This document shows, piece by piece, positions 1-8,060 of a stretch of 64,000 nt of DNA; position 1 is the stretch's first letter, and every line of letters starts with the position of its first letter. The notes beneath the pieces were generated by a model. That model was not told the DNA's origin. It did not search any database and saw only the letters and a program-made list of their open reading frames with translations. The stretch comes from a virus (lineage: Duplodnaviria; Caudoviricetes): positions 1 to 64,000 of IMG/VR virus record IMGVR_UViG_3300032303_000488; one strand, written 5' to 3'. Made by a program: the position numbers and the translations under genes.

Positions 1-96
1 TAGCCTTATCAAGTATAACTTTGTAATCCTAGAAGATGAGATGTTAGAGCAAGCATCACAGATGTTCTAATGTCAGTGGTCTACCCTATAATAGAA

Positions 97-122
97 ACCT
101 AACAGAAAGAGAAAACCCTATG
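97..122 (+). promoter_or_regulatory. Conserved leader AACCTA-N2-GAAAGAG-W-AAACCC(T)ATG, downstream of a TATAAT at 87-92
   Basis: Near-identical leader at 1302-1326 and a partial copy at 1871-1889, each ending in a start codon. Confidence 0.65.
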
Positions 123-353
123 AGAAAATACTATGTAGAAATCCAAGTAAATTACTGTGGAGAGATTGAAGCAAATAGCGAAGCAGAAGCAGAGCAGTTG
201 GCTTGGTCTTCCTACTATGGCGATAACGCTACCCTACAATACGACAGCGTTGAAGACATTAGAGTAGATGAAATGCCACATTGCGAAGAATGCGACAATC
301 CAGAAGAAGATTGCGAATGCGAACCAGAAGAAGAAGACGAAGAAGATGAGTGA
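120..353 (+). CDS. Small acidic hypothetical protein with C-terminal Cys cluster
   Basis: ORF with SD-like leader; CEEC...CEC motif; Glu/Asp-rich tail. Confidence 0.75.
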   Translation: MRKYYVEIQVNYCGEIEANSEAEAEQLAWSSYYGDNATLQYDSVEDIRVDEMPHCEECDNPEEDCECEPEEEDEEDE

Positions 354-696
354 TTGTGAATGCGACAGAGTAGAATGTCCAAAACATCACGGAAGTTTTG
401 ATTGTCATTCATTTTGCGACATCTGCGAAGGTAATCAAGATTACTGCCCTACCCACGATGAATGGGAAGCAGAACAAGCAAACATTTATCTAACTATGTA
501 TAAAGAGAGAGAAGAAGACATGAATAAAACTATGTTGGAAGAACACAGAGAAGAACTAGCAATACTAGAAAACGAACTACACACAAAGTCATTGAGCAGA
601 TTTGCTATTGCTTGTTTGGAAGGTCGCATTAGCGATTTGGATAGTATGATTGCTCAGGACGAATACTGGGAGAAGCAGGAAAAGAAGTATGCGTAA
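346..696 (+). CDS. Cys/His-rich hypothetical protein
   Basis: Start revised to ATG at 346 (MSDCECD...), overlapping the upstream stop; CxC, CxxHH, CxxxCxxC motifs. Confidence 0.65.
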   Translation: MSDCECDRVECPKHHGSFDCHSFCDICEGNQDYCPTHDEWEAEQANIYLTMYKEREEDMNKTMLEEHREELAILENELHTKSLSRFAIACLEGRISDLDSMIAQDEYWEKQEKKYA

Positions 697-916
697 GATT
701 TATAAAGCCAGTATCACTATGGAAGTCTATCCTGACGAGAATGGTCTAATGGATTGGGAAGATGGCTACGATACAGAAAACCCAGAAGAGAACAGAAGTG
801 AAGAAGAACTATTAGACTTTGCTCGTAGTGAATTGCTAGAGTGTTTGTTCAATGGTCTAAAGTATAACGACATCGCAGAGATGATTACTGTGGAAGTGGT
901 GGAAGAAGATGACTGA
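689..916 (+). CDS. Acidic hypothetical protein
   Basis: Start revised to ATG 689 (MRKIYK), overlapping the previous stop. Confidence 0.7.
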   Translation: MRKIYKASITMEVYPDENGLMDWEDGYDTENPEENRSEEELLDFARSELLECLFNGLKYNDIAEMITVEVVEEDD

Positions 917-1079
917 CAAAGAAATCGTCCTGTCTATGATTGATGGTTTCAAAAAAGTCAAGGGTATAAATCAAATGCCTACTCTAGAAGTATTGAAACT
1001 AATAGAGATGAGACTAAAGCGTGAAGATGAGTTCAATGAATTTGTTACACATGCTAGAGAAGTTTTGGCTGACATATAG
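909..1079 (+). CDS. Hypothetical protein (56 aa, not in ORF track)
   Basis: MTDKEIVLSMIDG...; overlaps upstream gene end and is followed by a hairpin. Confidence 0.6.
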   Translation: MTDKEIVLSMIDGFKKVKGINQMPTLEVLKLIEMRLKREDEFNEFVTHAREVLADI

Positions 1080-1092
1080 GGATAATAGGGGA

Positions 1093-1124
1093 CCAGGGTG
1101 GTTGGAGCAATCTGACTGCCCTGG
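1093..1124 (+). terminator. GC-rich hairpin, probable terminator
   Basis: CCAGGG...CCCTGG stem right after ORF stop. Confidence 0.55.
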
Positions 1125-1173
1125 ATTTCTGCCGACCAGGTTTACATAATAATTTTATTAGTCATTACAATTC

Positions 1174-1257
1174 ATTACGATGTTATAATAATTTCCCCAA
1201 ATAGTTATGTAAACTAACAGTCAGCCTGGTTGATTACGAAGTGATAACATTTTCCCC
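1174..1257. repeat. Pair of bipartite boxes ATTACGA-N11-TTTCCCC, 59 bp apart
   Basis: Copies start at 1174 and 1233; the same pair and spacing recur at 3574/3633. Confidence 0.75.
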
Positions 1258-1323
1258 GAAATGCTTGTATTTACGAACGGTATCCTGTATCATAGATATA
1301 TAACCTAGAGAAAGAGTAAACCC

Positions 1324-1872
1324 ATGCATACTATGCAATACCTAGCAACAGAATTAGAACTTGATTTACAAGATGAATATACAGACAAAGAACTTGCTGC
1401 TTTGGCACAAGAGCAGGTAGGCAGTTGGCTCAACATAGAAGCAGATAGCAATGGCTTCATTGGTGACTGGTCTGACTGGCATGCTATTGGTGGTAGGTGG
1501 TCTGATGTTCCTGTCCTTATCTACAACGATGACAATGCCTGTTCATTCTTAGAAGCATTAGACAATGTAGATAAGCAACAGTTAGATGAGTTCAACAAAT
1601 ATTTTGCTGAGTTTGATTTCCCTACTATCAATGCTGTTATGACTAAGTATTCTAACGGAGATACCCTTGAATTTGGTGAGATTTACGAAGCCAACATTCC
1701 TAGCCTGTCAAGTGCTTTGAAGATTATGCGTGGCTACTGGAACTACGACAGTGGTTTCTTTGACACTGGCGACTGCACAGTAAAAACTGAATACCTGAGA
1801 AAAAAACTGGGTATTGACAAAACACAGTATCGTAGTGTATACTGTTTAGTGCCAGTAGATTTCCACTTCTAA
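1324..1872 (+). CDS. Acidic hypothetical phage protein (DWxxIGGRW motif)
   Basis: 182-aa ORF with the conserved leader. Confidence 0.8.
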   Translation: MHTMQYLATELELDLQDEYTDKELAALAQEQVGSWLNIEADSNGFIGDWSDWHAIGGRWSDVPVLIYNDDNACSFLEALDNVDKQQLDEFNKYFAEFDFPTINAVMTKYSNGDTLEFGEIYEANIPSLSSALKIMRGYWNYDSGFFDTGDCTVKTEYLRKKLGIDKTQYRSVYCLVPVDFHF

Positions 1873-1886
1873 GAGAAAGAAACCCT

Positions 1887-2036
1887 ATGATAAAAATACT
1901 AGCAAAACCTGAAAGCCTTGTAGATGAACTCTACGAGATTATGGATATGGTTGGCAACATACCACACCCTATGGCAGATGATGTGTATAGTTATATAAAC
2001 CAACTTCTACTAGCAACGGTGGTAGATGATGACTGA
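1887..2036 (+). CDS. Hypothetical protein (49 aa, not in ORF track)
   Basis: MIKILAKPESL... preceded by AAGAGAAAGAAACCCT leader. Confidence 0.6.
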   Translation: MIKILAKPESLVDELYEIMDMVGNIPHPMADDVYSYINQLLLATVVDDD

Positions 2037-2394
2037 GATTACTGAAAGCGAATGGTCTGCTAAGTATAGACCTATCAAAAACCATTTAGTTAAAGATGAT
2101 ACTACATCATTTGAGACCTATGGTGAAGAACTAGACTTTGTTTGTCAGCAACCACACTCTACCGTATGGACTGAGATGGATGGTGACGAAGGTGTTTACA
2201 TTGTTCAAGGTTACCATCTGGCTAATCGTATTCAATACTATATTACTGAGATACCGTGGGATGACAGCGATGACATCTTTGTAACCATCTGTAAATTTGT
2301 AACATGCGAATGCGTAGATGAAGATGGCGAAGGTAAACAAGATTGTGAAACATGTTATGGAGATGGGACCTATACAGATTGGAGTATGGACTAG
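2026..2394 (+). CDS. Acidic hypothetical protein with C-terminal CEC...CxxC
   Basis: ORF coupled to neighbours. Confidence 0.75.
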   Translation: MMTEITESEWSAKYRPIKNHLVKDDTTSFETYGEELDFVCQQPHSTVWTEMDGDEGVYIVQGYHLANRIQYYITEIPWDDSDDIFVTICKFVTCECVDEDGEGKQDCETCYGDGTYTDWSMD

Positions 2395-2534
2395 TGGCTA
2401 AGTCAGAACTAGAACAAATTGGTTGGGAAGATGCTATTAATTATGTTCTTGACATTATCAAAGATATGAAGTATAATGATAACCTTAGTTGGAATAATGA
2501 AACCTTAGAAGAACTGGAGCAACGAATAGTATGA
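2394..2534 (+). CDS. Hypothetical protein
   Basis: GTG start overlapping the upstream TAG. Confidence 0.55.
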   Translation: MAKSELEQIGWEDAINYVLDIIKDMKYNDNLSWNNETLEELEQRIV

Positions 2535-2908
2535 CAAAGTATTGGGATATAAATGTTTGGTTTGTAGATTTTGGACAGGACGAAAATGGTATCAATCAAT
2601 GGGAAGATGTAATCACTCTTAATCCTTCTTTATATATATTAGATGGAGAAGCGGTTACGCATGTCTATACAGGAATCCTTTATAAGTGTAACATCAACGA
2701 GACTGCAAAGATACGAGCGTTCCGTAGTGAACTAGAATACGGTACTGACTGGTGGGACTTTAGGGACGAACTGTATGCCCTTGAAATCAGCAAGGACATA
2801 AACGACTTCCTGAATGACCTACCTGACCCCTACAGCATAAACATCGAAGGTCAAGACTCTCTATATGAGATAGATAGTATAAGTAAACTTCACAACTTAG
2901 TGGGTTGA
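2531..2908 (+). CDS. Hypothetical protein
   Basis: 125-aa ORF; ATG overlaps the upstream stop. Confidence 0.75.
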   Translation: MTKYWDINVWFVDFGQDENGINQWEDVITLNPSLYILDGEAVTHVYTGILYKCNINETAKIRAFRSELEYGTDWWDFRDELYALEISKDINDFLNDLPDPYSINIEGQDSLYEIDSISKLHNLVG

Positions 2909-2963
2909 GAACACTCCCTACTAACGACTAGAACAGTTAGGGGTTTCTGTGTCTAGTCAACCA

Positions 2964-2998
2964 GGGGAAGCATAGGTAATTGCTACTTGTGCTTCCCC
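2964..2998 (+). terminator. Long hairpin, probable intrinsic terminator
   Basis: GGGGAAGCA...TGCTTCCCC stem followed by AACATTTTT. Confidence 0.65.
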
Positions 2999-3039
2999 AA
3001 CATTTTTGGTATAATAGAGCATAAGAGAATAGAGAAATA

Positions 3040-3240
3040 ATGCGTAAGAAGATAATTACAAAGGAAGAAAAGTTAGCAAAGATAATCCTAGATAAACTAG
3101 CAGACTTGACACTAGACTTGGAAATGGTGGGGTATTACATAGCCTACAATGTCAGGGGTGTCCTGTATAATAGATTTACAATCATCAGTGAAACAGCAGA
3201 CCAAGAAAGAGAAAAACAAAATGTCAGAAACAACATTTAG
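3040..3240 (+). CDS. Hypothetical protein
   Basis: Downstream of TGGTATAAT (3007-3015). Confidence 0.7.
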   Translation: MRKKIITKEEKLAKIILDKLADLTLDLEMVGYYIAYNVRGVLYNRFTIISETADQEREKQNVRNNI

Positions 3241-3490
3241 CAACAAGGTAGCAATCTTGGCTGACCTATGGATTGGCTATGGTCAAGATGAAAGTTTTGA
3301 AGACTTCTTTCAATACAACGACTTAGGACTACCATTGGCATACGCCTTAGACAACGACATTGTTGTAGCAAACGATAAGACAAGTGGTTTTATTGAAGAG
3401 ACATTTGCTTTATTGCTCGCTGGGCTAGAACAGGAAGACACTGGCTTTGAAAGTCTAAATGCTTTACTAGACTTACCAGAACAAGAATAA
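3221..3490 (+). CDS. Acidic hypothetical protein
   Basis: Start revised to ATG 3221 (MSETTF) after a purine-rich leader. Confidence 0.7.
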   Translation: MSETTFSNKVAILADLWIGYGQDESFEDFFQYNDLGLPLAYALDNDIVVANDKTSGFIEETFALLLAGLEQEDTGFESLNALLDLPEQE

Positions 3491-3495
3491 CAGGA

Positions 3496-3516
3496 TGCCC
3501 CTATTGACATGGGGGC
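3496..3516 (+). terminator. Hairpin after the last left-arm gene
   Basis: GCCCC-TATTGACAT-GGGGGC. Confidence 0.5.
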
Positions 3517-3560
3517 TATCTTGTGCCGACCAATGTTATCAAACTGTTATAAAACAACTA

Positions 3561-3589
3561 TTGACAAATTGACATTACGATGGTATAAT
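3561..3589 (+). promoter_or_regulatory. Consensus housekeeping-sigma promoter with no downstream ORF
   Basis: TTGACA-17 bp-TATAAT with TG extension. Confidence 0.75.
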
Positions 3590-3836
3590 ATTTTTCCCCA
3601 AAATCCATATATCTCAAACAAACTTATTTGACATTACGAACATAGCATACTTTTCCCTATTTGTCAAGAGGTGTGTATGTATTTACTATACTAGGGATTA
3701 GTCTATGCTTTACGAATACCCCCCGAAGGGGCTGGCTCTGCCAGGGTATCTAAACTATCATTGATATCAAATTCCCCTAGTATAAGTATAAACATATAGT
3801 TGCGTAGGGTATTACGAAGGGCTATTTATTTTTCCC
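3574..3836. repeat. Three bipartite ATTACGA-N11/13-TTTCCC boxes
   Basis: Copies at 3574, 3633 and 3811; TTGACATTACGA is identical at 3569 and 3628. Confidence 0.7.
3639..3667 (-). promoter_or_regulatory. Leftward promoter facing the 3561 promoter
   Basis: TTGACA-17 bp-TATGTT with TG extension on the minus strand. Confidence 0.5.
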
Positions 3837-4065
3837 AAAAAAGGATATGTTTATATCTATTTATTTAATTTTATATACATTTATTGTAACAATTTGATAA
3901 AAACACTTGACAAATTGCACAAAATATGATAGAGGTATTTGAGTATAGGGGGCTAGGGAATTTGGATAATGATTAAGAGTTTTATTATACATATGCTCAA
4001 TTACACATATAATTTTTCTCCACTTTGCTCCACTATGATATCTGTTTATATCAGTAAGATTTATC

Positions 4066-4140
4066 TGTGGATAACTATGTGTATAACCCTGTGGATAACT
4101 ATGTTATTTCTTTATTTTTGGAGGGTATTTGTGTGTATAA
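4066..4140 (-). other. DnaA-box array (candidate replication origin element)
   Basis: TTATCCACA at 4066-4074 and 4090-4098, TTATACACA at 4078-4086 and 4132-4140 (minus strand); first three have 12-bp spacing. Confidence 0.75.
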
Positions 4141-4356
4141 CTATCTGATTGTGTGTCTGTGGGAAAGAGTGTTTTCTTTCTATTCAGAGAAAATCCCATT
4201 ATGTGTTTGTTTGTTTGTAAGCCAATACCAAATCCCCATTTCCAGAATGCAATCTTGATTGGTGATTGTTTGTTTGGTCCTTTACTTAGGATTCTGTATT
4301 TGTATGTGTGTACATATCTGCTCATGTGTTATTCTTTCTACTAGGTTTAGTTTATA

Positions 4357-4614
4357 CTAGGGATTATGAAGGTCTCTTTTGATACCCCATTTTTTATAGC
4401 CAATGATGGCTAAATCAATCAATGCAAGTGTGGCTGTAAAAGGTAGAATATATAACCCTATCAATAGGATATAGTATCCAATAAATCCCTGTAAGCCATT
4501 AGCCAACCACATAATAAAAGATATGATGGCACCTACCATCCAAAGCAGATATCCAGTAATTGGTATCTTAATTAGATTAGTCCATATACTACGAATTATT
4601 TGTTGTGTCTTCAT
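4357..4614 (-). CDS. Small membrane protein
   Basis: Start revised to MKTQQ; two hydrophobic segments. Confidence 0.7.
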   Translation of the reverse strand: MKTQQIIRSIWTNLIKIPITGYLLWMVGAIISFIMWLANGLQGFIGYYILLIGLYILPFTATLALIDLAIIGYKKWGIKRDLHNP

Positions 4615-4615
4615 T

Positions 4616-4780
4616 CTATTCCCCGAAATTTTTAATATCAGCAATATAATCAATGATTGGTGGATAATCTATGTGTACATCGTCCAATATCTTTAGGATA
4701 CGCTGTCTCTCTGCCTGAATACCCTTTTCATAATCAGGTAACTCATGCAGTTCTGCATCTAAATCCTTTAATCTGCCCAT
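4616..4780 (-). CDS. Hypothetical protein
   Basis: Start revised to MGRLKD, preceded by GGAG. Confidence 0.65.
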   Translation of the reverse strand: MGRLKDLDAELHELPDYEKGIQAERQRILKILDDVHIDYPPIIDYIADIKNFGE

Positions 4781-5007
4781 CCAACTAACTCCTTTTCTTC
4801 TTCGTGGCTCTTTACGATAGGTAAAATATCTTTCACCTCTATCGGTGTTTCCTGTAACCAATCAATCTTCTCAATATGACTAGACAACAAATCTATAATC
4901 TGATTCTTCTGCTCAACCATACCTGCCTCATAGCCATGCTCCCAGCCCTTATCATATCCGTGCTGAACTAACTTAACTCGCCAATTTAGAAATCTTGGTA
5001 ACTTCAT
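4768..5007 (-). CDS. Hypothetical protein with GxxxG repeat
   Basis: MKLPRF...GYDKGWEHGYEAG; GGAG SD. Confidence 0.65.
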   Translation of the reverse strand: MKLPRFLNWRVKLVQHGYDKGWEHGYEAGMVEQKNQIIDLLSSHIEKIDWLQETPIEVKDILPIVKSHEEEKELVGWAD

Positions 5008-5503
5008 GGTTCTCCTTAAATAGTGGGTCATGTGTAACCCAGTAGTACTTACAAGGTTCTTTACGCTCAGGGCAACAAGGATTACTTGTAGCCAAAGCAT
5101 CATGGAACTCAAAATAATAGATAGGGTCTTTAGTATATAGATTAGCCTTATGTGTAGTAGTTAATCTATCCATTGCGAATGGGTTTGTATACCACTTAGG
5201 TTTTGCATACCCCCAATCATTGCCAGCATACGCCTTAAGTTCATTAAGATTAGCAAGGTTCTTATCAGTCTTAATGCCACGAACATCTGCTTCCTTAACC
5301 ATAAACATAGTATATAGCCACAACTGCCCCTCATGGTTACGCCACATCTTAACAGCAGGATGATTACGCCAAGCAGCAAAAGGGTCATCACTAGACAACA
5401 CCTTAAGAATCTGATAACACTCTAATACTTGTTTATTTAATCGTTTATTATCTAGGGTTTCGGCAGACTTCCAAAAGTCTTTATATGGTAAAAAGGTTTG
5501 CAT
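4973..5503 (-). CDS. Pyrimidine dimer DNA glycosylase / endonuclease V-like (MSMEG_6728-type)
   Basis: MQTFLPY...LDNKRLNKQVLECYQIL and HPAVKMW signatures. Confidence 0.8.
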   Translation of the reverse strand: MQTFLPYKDFWKSAETLDNKRLNKQVLECYQILKVLSSDDPFAAWRNHPAVKMWRNHEGQLWLYTMFMVKEADVRGIKTDKNLANLNELKAYAGNDWGYAKPKWYTNPFAMDRLTTTHKANLYTKDPIYYFEFHDALATSNPCCPERKEPCKYYWVTHDPLFKENHEVTKISKLAS

Positions 5504-5536
5504 ACGTTCCTATCGTTTAATGGACCTTGTATAACA

Positions 5537-5565
5537 ATTGTACAGGATAATCGCTTGCTTGTCAA
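5537..5565 (-). promoter_or_regulatory. Sigma70-type promoter for the glycosylase operon
   Basis: TTGACA-17 bp-TACAAT on the minus strand. Confidence 0.75.
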
Positions 5566-5635
5566 GCGTTAAGACCTCATATTTTCGCCCGATTTTACCC
5601 TTTACAAACTGAACTTTTGCTGGTATAATGAATAT

Positions 5636-6001
5636 ATGATTATATGCGACATTGATAATACCCTACTCCGTAATGGGACACAACCAATCCAAAAGACGAT
5701 TGATTATATAAATTCACTTAAAACTAGGGTAGTTATAGTTACAGGTAGAGAAAAAAGTCAGCGTTCTGAGACTGTAGATGCACTCAAGGCTGCTGGAGTA
5801 AAGTACAACTCTTTATTGATGAATCCTTATTCATATAAAGAATCAAATAAATGGAAAGCAGAAACTGCTGAAAAATTAAAAGAAGCAACTCTAGCCATTG
5901 ATGATAATGCTGGAGCAAGGTCTGCCTATTCAAAGGCTGGCATCAAGGCTATCCATCCTAACGATGTTCCAGATATGAAAAAGTTCTGGACAATTTCTTA
6001 G
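5636..6001 (+). CDS. HAD-superfamily phosphatase (PNKP phosphatase-like)
   Basis: DIDNT motif I, VTGR motif II, K, IDD motif IV. Confidence 0.8.
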   Translation: MIICDIDNTLLRNGTQPIQKTIDYINSLKTRVVIVTGREKSQRSETVDALKAAGVKYNSLLMNPYSYKESNKWKAETAEKLKEATLAIDDNAGARSAYSKAGIKAIHPNDVPDMKKFWTIS

Positions 6002-6020
6002 TTAGTGCTATAATAATTCT

Positions 6021-6212
6021 ATGCCGAATAAAACACGATTTGTAATTGACCCTGACCGTACCTATGTGGTTACGCTAGACGATGGCGATGAAGTAGAGGT
6101 AACTGGTCTTGACATTATACAAATGGGATACCATGTCCGAAAAACTCAAAAATTACTTCAGGCTTTTAGAGATTTAGAAGACAATGAAGAAAATGAATGG
6201 AGTTGGTTCTAA
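6021..6212 (+). CDS. Hypothetical protein
   Basis: TGCTATAAT 6 nt upstream of ATG. Confidence 0.7.
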   Translation: MPNKTRFVIDPDRTYVVTLDDGDEVEVTGLDIIQMGYHVRKTQKLLQAFRDLEDNEENEWSWF

Positions 6213-6397
6213 TGGCTAGATTACGATTAGCATTCTTGATTACATGGGGAACACTCTTTGCTTTATCTCAAATAGTATTACTTATTGTATTCTCTGCTTT
6301 TAATTACGAATCAGGGCTGGTGCTTGGTCTTGAATTCTTTACCGCTATTGTTACCGTAATCATAACAGCATTGATGTTGGTGAAGGAGGATATATAA
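6212..6397 (+). CDS. Two-TM membrane protein
   Basis: TAATG coupling; hydrophobic. Confidence 0.7.
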   Translation: MARLRLAFLITWGTLFALSQIVLLIVFSAFNYESGLVLGLEFFTAIVTVIITALMLVKEDI

Positions 6398-6504
6398 TGG
6401 CTAAAGCAAAAGGTGCAAGAAACAGCAATAGACAGAATGGTAAGGCTTCTAAGAAGCATCCACTCAAGTTTGACCCAATTAAGAGAAAGTTAGTTAGAGT
6501 ATGA
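6397..6504 (+). CDS. Small basic protein (35 aa, not in ORF track)
   Basis: MAKAKGARNSNRQNGK...; GGAGG SD; TAATG coupling. Confidence 0.65.
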   Translation: MAKAKGARNSNRQNGKASKKHPLKFDPIKRKLVRV

Positions 6505-6674
6505 TGGATAGAAAAACAAAGAGAGATAGCGAAAGACTATTAAAGAATCTTAAAAGCAAGGCTGTTAAAGATACGGAGAACTGGATTCTCACATTACAAT
6601 CACCACCAACCAAGAGCGAAGTCTTGGCATTTCAGGCTGGGTATATCTCGGGAACCAAACGTGCCAGCCAATAG
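6501..6674 (+). CDS. Hypothetical protein (57 aa, not in ORF track)
   Basis: MMDRKTKRDSERLL...; ATGA overlap. Confidence 0.6.
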   Translation: MMDRKTKRDSERLLKNLKSKAVKDTENWILTLQSPPTKSEVLAFQAGYISGTKRASQ

Positions 6675-7035
6675 TGATTTTGATATTGATTTAAAATTTG
6701 GTCAACAGGGCGAAGCAACAGTAGCCAATATTCTGTCCATTGAGACAGTAGAGGTTAAGCGTGATAAACGTTGGAAAGAAACAGGCAACCTATACATTGA
6801 AACTGAATGTTGGTATAATGCTTCTCAATCTTGGAAACCATCTGGTCTTAGTGTATCTAAGGCTACTCACTATGCGTTTGTTCTTGAAAATATGGTTGTC
6901 ATCATTACCACCGAAGATTTGAAGGCTGTTGTAGAAAAAAATGGCAAACCAATCGAATGTAAGATTGAACCAAACCCATCTAAAGGATACCTAATTAAAC
7001 TGTCACACATTGTGGAGCACCAAATTGGAAATTAG
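6661..7035 (+). CDS. PD-(D/E)XK nuclease-fold protein
   Basis: G-E helix followed by VEVKRD and TGNLYIE motifs. Confidence 0.55.
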   Translation: MPANSDFDIDLKFGQQGEATVANILSIETVEVKRDKRWKETGNLYIETECWYNASQSWKPSGLSVSKATHYAFVLENMVVIITTEDLKAVVEKNGKPIECKIEPNPSKGYLIKLSHIVEHQIGN

Positions 7036-7085
7036 AATTTGTGGGTTTTGCATGACAGGACATCATTGGAACTGTAAAAAGATTA

Positions 7086-7292
7086 TTACTTATTATGAGA
7101 AAACTTGGGTGTGCGATTGTCCTCATCCAGACGGTATTCTTCCTGACAAGGAATACAAAAATGAGTAGGGGCAAGAGGTCTAGGCAATCCACCCAGAACA
7201 ATCTCGTCTCGTCTAGCAGACTCAATCTGCTCAAACTTTGGAAATCCATAAACAATAAGAACAGTTTCCTGTTCACACAAAGAACACTTCAT
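7086..7292 (-). CDS. Zinc-ribbon protein
   Basis: CxxC...IVYGxP...LGG...CxxC; start revised to 7292, TGTTATACT 6 nt upstream. Confidence 0.7.
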   Translation of the reverse strand: MKCSLCEQETVLIVYGFPKFEQIESARRDEIVLGGLPRPLAPTHFCIPCQEEYRLDEDNRTPKFSHNK

Positions 7293-7329
7293 AGTATAAG
7301 TATAACATCGAATAAGGTATAATGTAAAT

Positions 7330-8022
7330 ATGAAAAATAAAATAGCAATTGTTCTGCCTGTTAGAGATGGTGGATTGGGAAGACACAATAGGCTTATTAG
7401 ATGTCTTGCTTCCTATAAAGAGATAACTGAAGGTTTATCAGATATACACTTACTACACGATGAAGATGAGTGTCACATATATCATCCAATTGCTGAACAA
7501 TACCCCAAAATAATTAACTACTGCATCCCTACAGGAATATCCCTTATGCAAAAAATAAACGTTCATGCCTTGGATATTGCAAGTAAATATAAGTATGTTG
7601 GTTTTGTTGGTGATGACATTGTTTTTAAAACACCATTTGAAAAAACTTTTATTGAACATCTATCTTCTGTAGATTATGGAATGGCATATGGAGATGATAT
7701 GGTTTGGGGTCAGGCATTAGCCACACATCCTTTTATCACTAGTAATGCTATAACTGCTGTTGGATTTTTTGGATGCCCTGCTGTAGAACACAACTATTTT
7801 GACAATTATTGGCAAGCAATATTTAGTTCATTAGACAAAATTGTATATTTGCCAGAGATTTTAATGGAACACGTTCACCCAATTGTTGGAAAAGAAGTTG
7901 CAGATAATATTTATAAAGAAATAGAAAATAAACTTCAATTAGACGAAATTAAATTCACAAGATATATGTCAAATAATTTAGTTGAAGATTTAGATAAAAT
8001 AAAAAATCTTGCAATAGACTAA
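7330..8022 (+). CDS. GT-A fold glycosyltransferase (family 2-like)
   Basis: IVLPVR N-terminus, FVGDD motif, C-terminal His; position in sugar cluster. Confidence 0.7.
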   Translation: MKNKIAIVLPVRDGGLGRHNRLIRCLASYKEITEGLSDIHLLHDEDECHIYHPIAEQYPKIINYCIPTGISLMQKINVHALDIASKYKYVGFVGDDIVFKTPFEKTFIEHLSSVDYGMAYGDDMVWGQALATHPFITSNAITAVGFFGCPAVEHNYFDNYWQAIFSSLDKIVYLPEILMEHVHPIVGKEVADNIYKEIENKLQLDEIKFTRYMSNNLVEDLDKIKNLAID

Positions 8023-8060
8023 CTATGTTATAATTGATTTATATAGAGAAAAGGATTTAT

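Noticed and set aside
1174-3836. ATTACGA repeats as a mini-CRISPR array
   Set aside because: Conserved parts are only 7+6 nt, bipartite and in pairs, not 25-40-nt repeats with regular spacers.
4067-4344. Short tracked ORFs in the non-coding gap
   Set aside because: Overlap DnaA boxes and low-complexity DNA, lack RBS and have non-protein-like composition.
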